The position numbers and the translations under genes were made by a program. A stretch of 64,000 nt of DNA from a virus (lineage: Duplodnaviria > Caudoviricetes). The stretch is taken from IMG/VR virus record IMGVR_UViG_3300044981_000214, one strand, 5' to 3'. This document shows positions 51,238 through 61,500 of the stretch, piece after piece. Numbering within the stretch: the stretch's first letter is position 1; each line of letters starts with the position of its first letter. The notes below the pieces were generated by a model. That model was not told the origin of the DNA, did no database searches, and saw nothing but the letters and a program-made list of their open reading frames with translations.

Positions 51238-51510
51238 ATGAAGAAGCGTAATAGGACCTTAGGTTACGCCAAACGCCCAGCAGGCGCTAAGTGGACCGAC
51301 GCAAAGCGCGTTGAGTGGGCTGTGGACAATATCAAGGTTCTGCTAGATCCGTACAATTACGAACCTAGGGAAACACGGTGTGAGAATGCTCGCCGACAAG
51401 CCGCTAAGGCAGAAAGGCTATTAGCTAGAATTTCAGCCTCATCTTCCCACGCTTGGACACGCGAGATTCAAGCTATTCTTGATCGGGTTGCAAAGAAGTG
51501 CTCGCGGTGA
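51238..51510 (+). CDS. Hypothetical protein with basic LG leader
   Basis: MKKRNRTLG-YAKR; TGATATACT upstream. Confidence 0.65.
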   Translation: MKKRNRTLGYAKRPAGAKWTDAKRVEWAVDNIKVLLDPYNYEPRETRCENARRQAAKAERLLARISASSSHAWTREIQAILDRVAKKCSR

Positions 51511-52075
51511 CTGAATACGCCTCTTCTATCTCTTTAACAGAGGCTTGGTCATGCTTTGCTAGTTCAGTTTCGTAGATCTTAGCAAAGTGTGCTAACTGAC
51601 TCACGCTAGTATTTAGAACCTTAAGTGTTTTCTTAGGGTTGCTATTAGCCCGTTCGATAGCTAAACACTCGATCGAATTAGATAGATCCGTTGGTTGAAT
51701 AGTTATACCGCCTTTTGAATCTACTGCATACCAGGCTGGAAATAGCACGCAGAATCTGGGGCGCGTGTTCCTATCCAACGTGCAACCTTTGTCAGGTTTC
51801 CAGAAATAACACGCCCGAGTGTCCGGGTCGAATTTAAATGAAAGCCGAATATGGTGGGGGAACATTCGGTCTATACCTGGTGCAACTGCGGCCATATCAC
51901 GCTTTGCTAGAGGATGAATTTCTTCATAGTCAAGAAAATTACTAGGGGCCAATCCTGTAGCCTTACTGATCCGTTGGGTGTCACTGATCGTGAGTCCGAA
52001 TTTTACAGGCTCGGTTCCAGGCTTGAGATGACAACAGTCTCGACACTGATTAGAGCAATCGGCGCAAACGTTCAT
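51473..52075 (-). CDS. YkgJ-family Cys-cluster (Fe-S/Zn) protein
   Basis: CADC..CRDCC, CYFW...GCTL..RPRFCVLFP. Confidence 0.75.
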   Translation of the reverse strand: MNVCADCSNQCRDCCHLKPGTEPVKFGLTISDTQRISKATGLAPSNFLDYEEIHPLAKRDMAAVAPGIDRMFPHHIRLSFKFDPDTRACYFWKPDKGCTLDRNTRPRFCVLFPAWYAVDSKGGITIQPTDLSNSIECLAIERANSNPKKTLKVLNTSVSQLAHFAKIYETELAKHDQASVKEIEEAYSVTASTSLQPDQE

Positions 52076-52113
52076 ACTTTACACGAACCTTAGCATGAGC
52101 TACGGTACTGCTC

Positions 52114-52923
52114 GTGGAAAAACTTTTGGTCGCGCTTCCGCTTTTCGGCTCGGTATCGGTCACATTCTTCGACCGTTGGAACCAGTTAGATAAGTCACCG
52201 ATGGTCCGTATGTCTTCGATGAAATGTCCGTACATCCACTTATCGATGCGGACAATTGTCGAAGAGTCGTTAGCCCAGACCGGATGGGATCGTCTGGTAA
52301 TACTTGAACACGACATGATTCCACCGATCGACGCACTGGTCAGAATCGCCACAGTACATAAAGACCATGACATCGTTGGCTGTATGTATTTCAAACATGA
52401 ACCTCCGCACTATCCGTATGTATGGAATAGAGTAGGTAACGAGCCCTGCGATATTGAGGCTCAACGACTGAGCAAAGAAATCAAAGCAGGGCTGAAAAAG
52501 ACCAAACGGACTGATGAGAATCATCGTCAGCAGGCCGCAGCCCGACAGAGGGCGTATGAACTTGAGCTACTAGCCAATAATCGCCGCTTGCCGCCGCCTA
52601 TCCAAGTCATTAAGCAATGGTGTGATAAACCCGGTCTATATGAATGTGATGCAGTCGGTATGGGACTGACGTCTATTTCAAGAAAAATGTTAGAGGCGTG
52701 GCCGGAAGACATTTCAATGTTCAACGCTCCCGCCGAACTGCCCTATCGAGGAAGTCATGACCTCTGGTTTTGTGATAAAGCCAAAGACCAAGGGTTTAAA
52801 GTCTGGTGTGATTCAGGTTTGATCGTCGAGCATCTAACAACAGTCCCGGTCGGACTATCGCATGCGCTCGACCACATGATTGTGCCGTCGGAAGTCGGGC
52901 AAGTTAGCTTCAATAAGAAATAG
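52114..52923 (+). CDS. GT-A fold (GT2-like) glycosyltransferase
   Basis: LVALP, ILEHDM, VGMGL, GSHDLWFC. Confidence 0.68.
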   Translation: MEKLLVALPLFGSVSVTFFDRWNQLDKSPMVRMSSMKCPYIHLSMRTIVEESLAQTGWDRLVILEHDMIPPIDALVRIATVHKDHDIVGCMYFKHEPPHYPYVWNRVGNEPCDIEAQRLSKEIKAGLKKTKRTDENHRQQAAARQRAYELELLANNRRLPPPIQVIKQWCDKPGLYECDAVGMGLTSISRKMLEAWPEDISMFNAPAELPYRGSHDLWFCDKAKDQGFKVWCDSGLIVEHLTTVPVGLSHALDHMIVPSEVGQVSFNKK

Positions 52924-53117
52924 CGCCTTCAGCGTTTACGTCGTCGCTTAGATAGACTATCTGGCGGAGGGCGATTGAATCTGTACTGCGCACACCCTCC
53001 ACGGCCCTTGGTAGGCAACGAATAGTCCACGCTCGATGCGCCCTCACCCCTTGATACGCACACTGCACGGCCCTTGTCCGCCTGTTTCTTATTGCATAGC
53101 GACATCGAACGCTCATA

Positions 53118-53155
53118 TGCTAGTGACAGCTTCTCAGGTGCTAGTGACAGCTTCT
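53118..53155. repeat. 17-bp direct repeat upstream of tnpB-2
   Basis: TGCTAGTGACAGCTTCT x2 separated by CAGG. Confidence 0.85.
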
Positions 53156-53200
53156 GGAAGAAATCGTGCTTATCCAGTTGACACCCAATCCAGCTAATCC

Positions 53201-54322
53201 ATGATCCTGACCTACAAATATCGGCTCAAAGGTAAGCGTACAGTTCGTCAACAGCGACAGTTTGCTTGGGCTGTAAACCAAGTGTGGAATTTCTGCGTTG
53301 CCGTGCAGCGCAAGATCCAGCGGAATTGGAAAGAAGGGTTGTTATCAAAATGGCCGTCCTTCTACGATTTGAAGGATCTGACCGCAGGATCCTCCAAAGA
53401 ATTGAGCCTTCATGCACAAACGATTCAGGATGTTTGTGCCCAATTTGTGAAGTCACGTGATCAACACAAGAGATGCCCAAAGTTTCGTAAGTCGAACGGA
53501 TCAAAACGTTCTCTTGGGTGGGTTCCATTTGAGGGACAGTCCCGGCAGATCACCTCTAGCTCGGTAACATATCTCGGCAACGAATATCGTTTCTTTGGTG
53601 CTAAGCGGCGTCCTCTTCCTGACACTGCTAAAGGCGGTTGTTTTGTAGAAGATGCGCGGGGACGGTGGTGGGTTTGCTTCCATGTCGAAGTTGATCAGTT
53701 GCAGCAAGCACCTGCTAAGGCAGTTGGGATCGATCTTGGACTGAAGACGCTAGCAACGTTATCAACAAATAAGAAGATCGAGGCGCCAAAGTTCTATCGA
53801 AAGCTTGAAAAGAAACTTGCGACGGCCCAACGGGCTAATAATCACGATCTAGCAAAAGCAGTAAATGCCAAAATCGCAAACCGTCGTCGTGATCACACGC
53901 ATAAATGGACGACGTGGTTAGCTAACAACTATAGCTTAATTTGTGTAGGCGATGTTTCAAGTTCTAAACTGGCCAAGACGTCGATGGCAAAGTCCATCAA
54001 CGATGCAGGCTGGTACGCTTCCAAGAAAGCCCTTGATTATAAAGCCAGAAGGCGCCAAGGGATATTCGAAGAAGTGTCAGAGCGTTTCACGACCCAAACC
54101 TGTTCGGCTTGTGGAATGACCCCCGAGTCGAGTCCGAAAGGTATCGCAGGGCTTGGAATAAGGGAATGGGTATGTTCTGAATGTGGCACAAGCCATGACC
54201 GAGACGTGAACTCGGCACAGAACATACTTAATCTCGGGCTGAGTGCGCTGTCGAAAAGCCAGCTGAGAATCCTAGCGGGTGCTCATCAGCCTCCTGTGGA
54301 GGAAAGCCGGGTTGCTCAATGA
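53201..54322 (+). CDS. tnpB: TnpB with rearranged RuvC-II, no tnpA nearby
   Basis: VGIDLG, VGDVS (canonical E absent), VSERFTT (alternative E), DRDVNSA, Zn finger. Confidence 0.95.
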   Translation: MILTYKYRLKGKRTVRQQRQFAWAVNQVWNFCVAVQRKIQRNWKEGLLSKWPSFYDLKDLTAGSSKELSLHAQTIQDVCAQFVKSRDQHKRCPKFRKSNGSKRSLGWVPFEGQSRQITSSSVTYLGNEYRFFGAKRRPLPDTAKGGCFVEDARGRWWVCFHVEVDQLQQAPAKAVGIDLGLKTLATLSTNKKIEAPKFYRKLEKKLATAQRANNHDLAKAVNAKIANRRRDHTHKWTTWLANNYSLICVGDVSSSKLAKTSMAKSINDAGWYASKKALDYKARRRQGIFEEVSERFTTQTCSACGMTPESSPKGIAGLGIREWVCSECGTSHDRDVNSAQNILNLGLSALSKSQLRILAGAHQPPVEESRVAQ

Positions 54323-54375
54323 TGAGCGTTAACCGGATAGGCACGTAATGAGGCAGACCGCAGTATGCGCACTCT
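54230..54375 (+). ncRNA. omegaRNA of TnpB-2
   Basis: Conserved past the stop codon with the 14.5-kb copy up to GTAATGAGG (54353); hairpins. Confidence 0.6.
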
Positions 54376-54436
54376 TTGAGCTACCTCCAACGTTATGACG
54401 CTGAACGTGCCCAGAAATGAGCATAACTGCTCAGTC

Positions 54437-54817
54437 TTAGCGATCCCAGGTGTGGCGGAATTCGATCGTCAAGTAAGACACGCCGGCACTTGTGGTGTCG
54501 GCAGCGACGATGTTGAAACCTGGAACACCGGCCTCGTTTTCACCTTCGACACCGAGAGTCGTTGTCGATAGTGTCGAGTTGGTCGTGACGCGAATCTTGG
54601 TGCTGTTCATCAGCGCCGCGGTTGCGTTCGCCGAACCCGACGAGGTCAAGCCCGCTAGAAGAGCTTGAAGCGGACCGCCGATACCGCCCTGGCCGTTGGC
54701 AAGCATGCTTGCCATTGTGACCGCGGCAGACGCCGAGGCGCCGCCTGAGAGGGTCAACGAGTATCTTTGCATGTATTTATCGGCATTTACGAGTGCTACT
54801 GCGAGTGCTGCTGACAT
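54437..54817 (-). CDS. Ala/Ser/Thr/Gly-rich protein, possibly structural
   Basis: AAGGAAAAAAACAA RBS like the one at 2370; structured leader. Confidence 0.6.
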   Translation of the reverse strand: MSAALAVALVNADKYMQRYSLTLSGGASASAAVTMASMLANGQGGIGGPLQALLAGLTSSGSANATAALMNSTKIRVTTNSTLSTTTLGVEGENEAGVPGFNIVAADTTSAGVSYLTIEFRHTWDR

Positions 54818-54924
54818 TTGTTTTTTCCTTTTGCTCCTGAGCCGTTAATCCGGTTAGCCGTTCGAATTAACGGCTATGAGGGGTTGTCAACGATTATAGC
54901 GTGATCGCTACAGCGATCAACATG

Positions 54925-55797
54925 TTATTTGGCTAACTGGTTCAAATAATATCCGTATGAGCTACTGATATGCTGGTCCGCTATAGTCTGTAGATTTTCT
55001 TTGGATATCCAGTTGTTAGCGTATGCAATTTCTTCGGGACAGGCTATATACAACCCCTGACGGCGCTGGACAGCCTCCACGAAATTGGCTGCGTCCAGTA
55101 ACGACTCGTGTGTACCCATGTCAAACCAGGCATTACCACGACCGAGTACATCGACATGAAGCCGATCAAGATTCAAGTAGACTTGATTCAGATCTGTTAT
55201 CTCTAACTCGTTACGCGCTGACGGTTTCAAGTCAAATGCTATTTTGCTGACCCCTGGTGGATAGAAATAGAGTCCTGGAACAGCTAAATCGGACTTTGGA
55301 GTAATCGGTTTCTCTTGTAGAGATAACGGTCGACCTATTGATGACAGTTCGACCACGCCATAAGCTGTCGGGTTAGTGACGTGATAGCCAAATATCACGG
55401 CTGCATTGCGTCTCTCGGTCTTGATTGTTGCGTCTTTAAGTCGCTGTGACAATGTCGCGCCGTAGATCAGATTATCGCCAAGAGTCAAGACAACGGGATC
55501 ATCACCTATAAAGTCTTCACCGATAATCAGTGCCTCAGCAATGCCACGAGATTCGAGCTGAACCTGATAGGTGAAGTGCAAGCCAAACTGGCTACCATCG
55601 CCGAGTAGGCGCTTGAAAAGGTATTCGTCTTGGAGCGTGCATATGATCAATATTTCTTGTATGCCCGCAAGCATTAATGTGCTCAGGGGATAATAGATCA
55701 TCGGCTTGTCATAGACAGGCAGCAGCTGTTTAGAGAACGGGAGAGTTATAGGCCAGAGTCGAGTAGACTTGCCGCCAGCTAGAACGATGCCTTTCAT
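54925..55797 (-). CDS. rfbA: Glucose-1-phosphate thymidylyltransferase
   Basis: GIVLAGG, SKQLLPVYDKPMIYYPL, LEITD, WFDMGT; full length. Confidence 0.96.
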   Translation of the reverse strand: MKGIVLAGGKSTRLWPITLPFSKQLLPVYDKPMIYYPLSTLMLAGIQEILIICTLQDEYLFKRLLGDGSQFGLHFTYQVQLESRGIAEALIIGEDFIGDDPVVLTLGDNLIYGATLSQRLKDATIKTERRNAAVIFGYHVTNPTAYGVVELSSIGRPLSLQEKPITPKSDLAVPGLYFYPPGVSKIAFDLKPSARNELEITDLNQVYLNLDRLHVDVLGRGNAWFDMGTHESLLDAANFVEAVQRRQGLYIACPEEIAYANNWISKENLQTIADQHISSSYGYYLNQLAK

Positions 55798-55851
55798 AGG
55801 TTGTTCGAAGTGTAGCTTGAATTGGCAAAGAAATAGCTAGATAATACCGTT

Positions 55852-55992
55852 ATGGCCAAGCGTAAACGAGGATTCTGGGATAAGAGACGAAAGTACGACC
55901 GTGTAATCTTTCGCAAATTCCCTGAAGGTGACGTGATCGCTCTGTTTCCCTCACAGTCTGAAGGGCTAGGCGGCGTAGAGGACGGTAATTGA
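55852..55992 (+). CDS. 46-aa protein with basic leader, possibly truncated (not in ORF track)
   Basis: MAKRKRGFWDKRRKYDRVIFRKFPEGDVIALFP...; GATAAT 6 nt before the ATG. Confidence 0.55.
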   Translation: MAKRKRGFWDKRRKYDRVIFRKFPEGDVIALFPSQSEGLGGVEDGN

Positions 55993-55993
55993 T

Positions 55994-56629
55994 ATGAAGC
56001 GTCACCGTGTAGACTTTAGTTTTGGCGACTCAGCCGATGACAGTTTTCTTGTTGCACGCGATGCAATTGAAGAAAAAAGACCAGGCTGGGAACAGCACGT
56101 AACCAAGATCATGGCTCAGGTTAAGCAAGAATATCCTGATGCAACGATTCCAGATGATCTAGGTCCATGGGACCCGGACTGGTGGGCCGCGTTTGCTGAA
56201 GGCGCTGCTCGCGCTATTTGGTCGGATACCTATATTACCGAGGTTGAACAGCTTACCGAAAGCGATGATCCAGGCGATCGAGAAGCCTATCGCGAGTTGT
56301 CCCCTGGACCCGGTGGAGCGTGGGAGTCTGTGATACCTGAAACTGTTCCTACGTCAGCAGAGAAACAGGGCAAGGAGTTCACGACGCAAGTGCGAAGAGC
56401 GTTGAAAAGAGAGGATCAAATAGAAGTAGCGTCTAAGCTTGACGCAGACACCGCAGGATGGTATGGGATGATGCAGGCACTAGGGCACGGTATGGGTTGG
56501 GGCGACTACGACATCAACGCTGATCCTGATATTCATGCTATGCCTGATACTGACGTCTACAACGACGCCTACCAGGCTGTGACTGAAGCGCTAGAAGAAG
56601 CCGGATACGAGAGAGCAGACGAAGAATAA
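55994..56629 (+). CDS. Acidic protein with basic FGD leader; N-domain shared with 4257..4817
   Basis: MKRHRVDFSFGD...ARDAIEEKRPGW. Confidence 0.75.
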   Translation: MKRHRVDFSFGDSADDSFLVARDAIEEKRPGWEQHVTKIMAQVKQEYPDATIPDDLGPWDPDWWAAFAEGAARAIWSDTYITEVEQLTESDDPGDREAYRELSPGPGGAWESVIPETVPTSAEKQGKEFTTQVRRALKREDQIEVASKLDADTAGWYGMMQALGHGMGWGDYDINADPDIHAMPDTDVYNDAYQAVTEALEEAGYERADEE

Positions 56630-57276
56630 TCTACTTAAGCAATTTATCGTTGCACTTGCACGGTTCGCCCCACAAATAGACTCGCCATGCAGTAATGATT
56701 TCGTTCAGCCTTGGGGACGCAAGCGCATCAGCAGCTGTCCACTTTAGCTGTTTGCAGTTGGGACAGCGTTTTTTCTCTAACCGTGCTAGGTCATGTTCAA
56801 TACGACAGTCACGACAAATTCGTGGATTGTATGTAGACTCGCCACACTCCTCACACGCTCGCTCCACGTATTCGTCGTCGTTTGGCATTTATGGCTTCCA
56901 GATGTTGTGGAGCAGCCTTTCACGTAGTCGGTCGTAGATGCGTCTGCCGGAACGCAACACGACTCTGCCGTCTAGCAACGAATCAGCAATGCGTGCAGCG
57001 ATGTCTTCAGGAAGCTTGACGTCTTCTTTGAGCGCTTGCTCCAACGCTTCGCGAATGATTTTTATGAGCCGTTCGCGCATGCCAAGACCCGTATGTTGAT
57101 AGGTTACCATATGAGCTGTTAAACAGGCTGCATTCTTCGTGTTCTAGTAGCTCGTGGGTGTCGGGCATTTTCGTTGAAGCTTACGACCTAAATTTACAAT
57201 AAGTCAAGAGCAAGGTGAATCTTCGAGAGCCTTGAGCATTTAGCTTGCTTTTCGTGTAGACTAAGCTGACCTAGTA

Positions 57277-57687
57277 ATGGCCCTCTCGAAGAAGACCCGC
57301 CAGGCTCTTAAAGAAACGCCAATTGCCCTTTTCAAGGGTGCTCGCCGAGCAGTCTTTGTCGATGGTGTGACTGAAGAAGAAATACTTCAAGCCATACGTG
57401 CGGCTGCCGGCATACATGAATTCTATTTGGCTAATGACATAGCCGCGCGATACAACTTAGAAATTTGCTGCCGATGCGCATGGCTTGAGAGTTCATGGTC
57501 TGCACTATGCACCCCTAGCAAGCATTCCGCGGTCACAAATAATCATTGGGTTCGAGTATGCTCGGGCTGCGCTCTGTACATACCATCAATTGCACTGGTA
57601 GCTGGTGACGAAGGTGCAGGCGCACGACTACTAGAGAAACTTCACGCGAACGGCGAAGATATCGATGACGAGGACGAGGACGAATGA
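57277..57687 (+). CDS. ALQA-like module protein with Cys pairs
   Basis: EEILQAIRAAAGIHEFYLANDIAARYNL. Confidence 0.6.
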   Translation: MALSKKTRQALKETPIALFKGARRAVFVDGVTEEEILQAIRAAAGIHEFYLANDIAARYNLEICCRCAWLESSWSALCTPSKHSAVTNNHWVRVCSGCALYIPSIALVAGDEGAGARLLEKLHANGEDIDDEDEDE

Positions 57688-57892
57688 CGCGTTTACGCGC
57701 AGTCGATAAGGCGCACAGCTTCGGCTATGCAGGTAAGCAGATCGAGATCTACGGCAAGCATATTACGATGCGCGTAAGCAAGCGGGACGCATATAGGCTT
57801 GCAATGGTCTGCCTAGCGGCAGACCCGCGATGGGAGATGCTGCCGGTTGATTGGCGGAAGTATTTCACGAGGAAAAAACGATTTGTAATGAG

Positions 57893-57968
57893 AAGCGGGA
57901 GAAGGATTTGAACCTTCGATCTGCAACGTATGAAACTGCCGAGGACAACCGGGCTCCTCTACCCCGCA
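57893..57968 (-). tRNA. tRNA-Met(CAT), initiator-like acceptor stem, no encoded CCA
   Basis: Cloverleaf: TGCGGGG/TCCCGCT, GAGG/CCTC, GCAGT-TTCATAC-GTTGC, GAAGG-TTCAAAT-CCTTC. Confidence 0.88.
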
Positions 57969-58519
57969 AGCCTTTATTTGTAACCGACCGCGCTACCATT
58001 GTCAACTAAGTTTTGAGTCTAGCTCCAAGGTCTGACACATTTTCTCGATTGCCGTTCCTAAGTCGTCGGCGTATGCACTAGGTGGATAGCAAATACCTGC
58101 TGCAGTCTGCGCAGTAACTTGCCAACGCGTATCGGTCAAACGATTTCGTTCATCAGCAGCTACCCACGTAACGTTTCTTTCTAGATGCTGCAGTTTAACA
58201 GATTCCCCTGTATCGCGAACTACTGCAATCATGTGATAAGGTGCGCTGGAGTGGAAATAGACAATTTTCGCGTACTCGTTCGTCTTCAACAAAATCACCA
58301 TCGAGTCATCCCGTAGCTCGACTCGACGGTGTCGATCTTGAATGGTTATGAATGCATTAGAAGACACTAACTGCTCTAATTTCTTGAGCGTATCGAGGGC
58401 TGTTACTTCTTTCTTAAGTTGGTTGATCGTTGGGCCGGATTTCATATCGTCGGCTTGACATATCATACCGAACTTGTTCTTGACAACCCTAATGTTTCTC
58501 CAGCAAGCTACACAAGAAA

Positions 58520-61500
58520 ATGGATGATGCTGATCTCAAGAAGCTAGCGGAATATTTTATTTCCGCGGTGGGTAGCGACAAAGCGACGCTCGCTGAAGGA
58601 GTTTTGAGACTCTTAGCCGAACGCGACGCCTTGAAACTTCGCCAAACTGAATTGCTTGAATTGATCGCTAAGTTAACCCGTGAGACTCCTTACCCAGCAG
58701 AGCTGGACGAATGCCGGTCCGCTCGTGCAGCTTTAACATTACGGTCCGCCGAACGTAATTTGCGTGCTGAAATCGAAACCATGAAAGAGTTGGTCAAAGT
58801 TGCTTGTGAGTGGCGAAAACAGGCGTTTAGAACTCCCATCGGGTTGCCCTTGTTAGACGCAGTCGATAAATATTTAGGAGAACTAAAACCGCTAAGTGAA
58901 TACAAATGCCCTAGCTGCGGCAACGTAGAGATGCGCGACAAGGAAGGCCATTGCTTCAAATGCCCGGGTTACGGCAGTACGTGGATGTATCTCAAGGATG
59001 GTGACGATGCATGACGATGAATTGCAGCAACTAGTAGAACAAGCGCTAGCAGATGACCTATTAGCGACACCTGGGCCTTGGGATAGAGATTGGGATTGTA
59101 GCTGGTGGATATGGAATGACTGTAACGATTTCTTTTCACCTATTGAAGGTCGCGCGAACGCTACTTGGATAGCCAATGCTCGCACACGCGAGCCAGTACT
59201 GGCCAACGAGATCGGCAAGTTACTGGACGACAAGAAAAACTTACTCCGCCTGCTTGAACGCGCCTGTACACTGGTGCCCGATCGTTGGCTGTCGTTACAT
59301 GAACGCGAGGAATTCAACGAAATCTTGGCAGCTACAAGACTGACCAAATGATGATTGGAGTTGATTATTTCGACCTAGGCGTAGCGATGTATCGTCGTGG
59401 AGAACCGTGTCCCAATTACGATGGAATCGCTCTGACGGCTTGGATCATCGACGGATGGAAGCACGCCGCGAAGGTAGCGCAGGAGCCCGGGTACGAATGC
59501 GAGTGTGTGTCGTTCGATCATAAGACTATTCTTCGATGATGATGTCTGTGGCCCAGAAGACGTGCGTAGTCGAGATCCTGACTAGATTTAGCGACCATCA
59601 CCGTAAGCACGGCTATACGCTTCTGACTAGTCGATTGATGGCAGTAAAGTTTGTACCGCATACCTATGAAGGCGTGTTAGTAATGTACCCGGAGGGCTAT
59701 ACGCTAGATGTGTATGAAATTTCTATGTACGATGCCACCGCATTCAGTCTGGGTGCAGCCCGCATTGTCGCGTATGGCCGTGACGACGGACGTACTGGTG
59801 CCTTATTGCCAGCCGCCAAATTAGGGATTCATATAACTCTGCTCGTTAGTCCCAAAAGTGGACTGCCTTTGTCTGGCGATGAGGTCAGAGAAAGAATCAG
59901 TGGAAGGCTATTCACTTGTCCGTGTTCGATTTGCAAAGGGGAGAGCGCTTACATGCCGACAATTTTGTCTCCGATCAAGACTGTTAAGGAGCCTTAAAAG
60001 TGCCTGCCTACAATCAAATACAGCAGATTGTTATCGATGTGAGTCCTGAAGGTGCCATGTCTGACATCGTTTTTTCTTTCCATGGCAGTGATCCAAAGCA
60101 AGCACCGATGTGCATAGCCGAGTTTATTCCTGACTCGGCAACGCGGATCAAGTTAGAGAGTCTAGAAATCATGCTAGACAAATGGTTTGCAACCTATAAA
60201 GGCCTATTTAAGTGTGGCAAGCCAACAAAAACCGGGCCTTGTGTCTGTGCTGCAGGACACGATGAATGGGGCTGGTGCCCGTGTGAAAGTAACTCAGAAC
60301 TTGTCTGTTCTGCGTGCGGTCTTAGCTGTGATCATGTAGACCAAGCACACGTATTTTCGGTACAAGCAAAATGATTTGTCTTGAATGCAACGAAGTTTTC
60401 GCGCCTAGAATTTGCAAATGCGCGGGCGCAAGTCTAGGAAAGCGGTCCATTTGCAACGATTGTTGCGATTGTGGTGCAGCTACGATGACCTTTGAAGATC
60501 GTTTGGCAAAAATAGACAACCTGCACGAAAAATCCTTGGAAGCGTTTGTAAATCTGCAATTTTGCCCTCATTGTGATCAGCCGCGGGCAACCGCACCCGA
60601 GCACACGCCATGCCTCCCTATTAACTGTCCGACCTGTGATAATTTCTGTCACGGACTATTTGAAAACGGCGTGTGTACTAACCCTCCTGGACGCTCGGCA
60701 CCAGGAAAACGTAGGCTATTAAATCACATTGTACAGCTCGCTGTAGCGATCAAGAACTGTGACGGCAGCTATGAGAATCTCAAGCGCCTCACAACCGAGA
60801 TGAATAAGGTCACCGCTGAGTACATGAAATCTCCCGAGGACGAAAATGCTTAAGCTAACCCAAACTAGCCTCTACCCCAAAGGCAACTGCTGGCAGACAG
60901 CTGTAGCCTGTCTACTCGATATACCGGCTGAACAATTGCCATCTCAAGCCGATAGCTATTACTCGAAAATAGACAGGGATTCAGGCGAGACTACCTGGCA
61001 CATGAACTACAATAACAGGCTTCAAGCCTACCTGAAAAAGCACCACAAGCTTGCATATATCGAGCTATGGCAGCCCCAAGAGGCGTTATCTCAATTGCGT
61101 ATTGTTGGATATCACCTGATGTCTGGGACGACAGTACGTAGCGCTGCCTACGGTGGCCAACGGCATATCGTTGTTGGTTACGAAGGCAAGGTATTTTGGG
61201 ACCCTCACCCCAGCCAAGCGGGCTTGTTAGACGAAATCAGATGGGCTGTATTGTGCCCATTCCCACCTTCATGGGAACGGTATCAAAACGATGCGTGTGA
61301 ATGTCTGGCGTGCGTTGGCGAACCGAAACAATAAACATGAAAGATACCCCTACAACTGAGCTGGTTACTCGTGCTGTCGAGTATGCATTAGATGCTGCTT
61401 TAGGAGAAGTTCACCGTCAGGTCGGTGAAATGGGACATGTACTGAAAGAAGCTAGGGGCGCTGGTATGGACGCTGCACAGCTGTACATCGACCAAACAAG

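Noticed and set aside
54437-54817. Major capsid protein
   Set aside because: Too short and no recognisable fold motif; kept only as possibly structural
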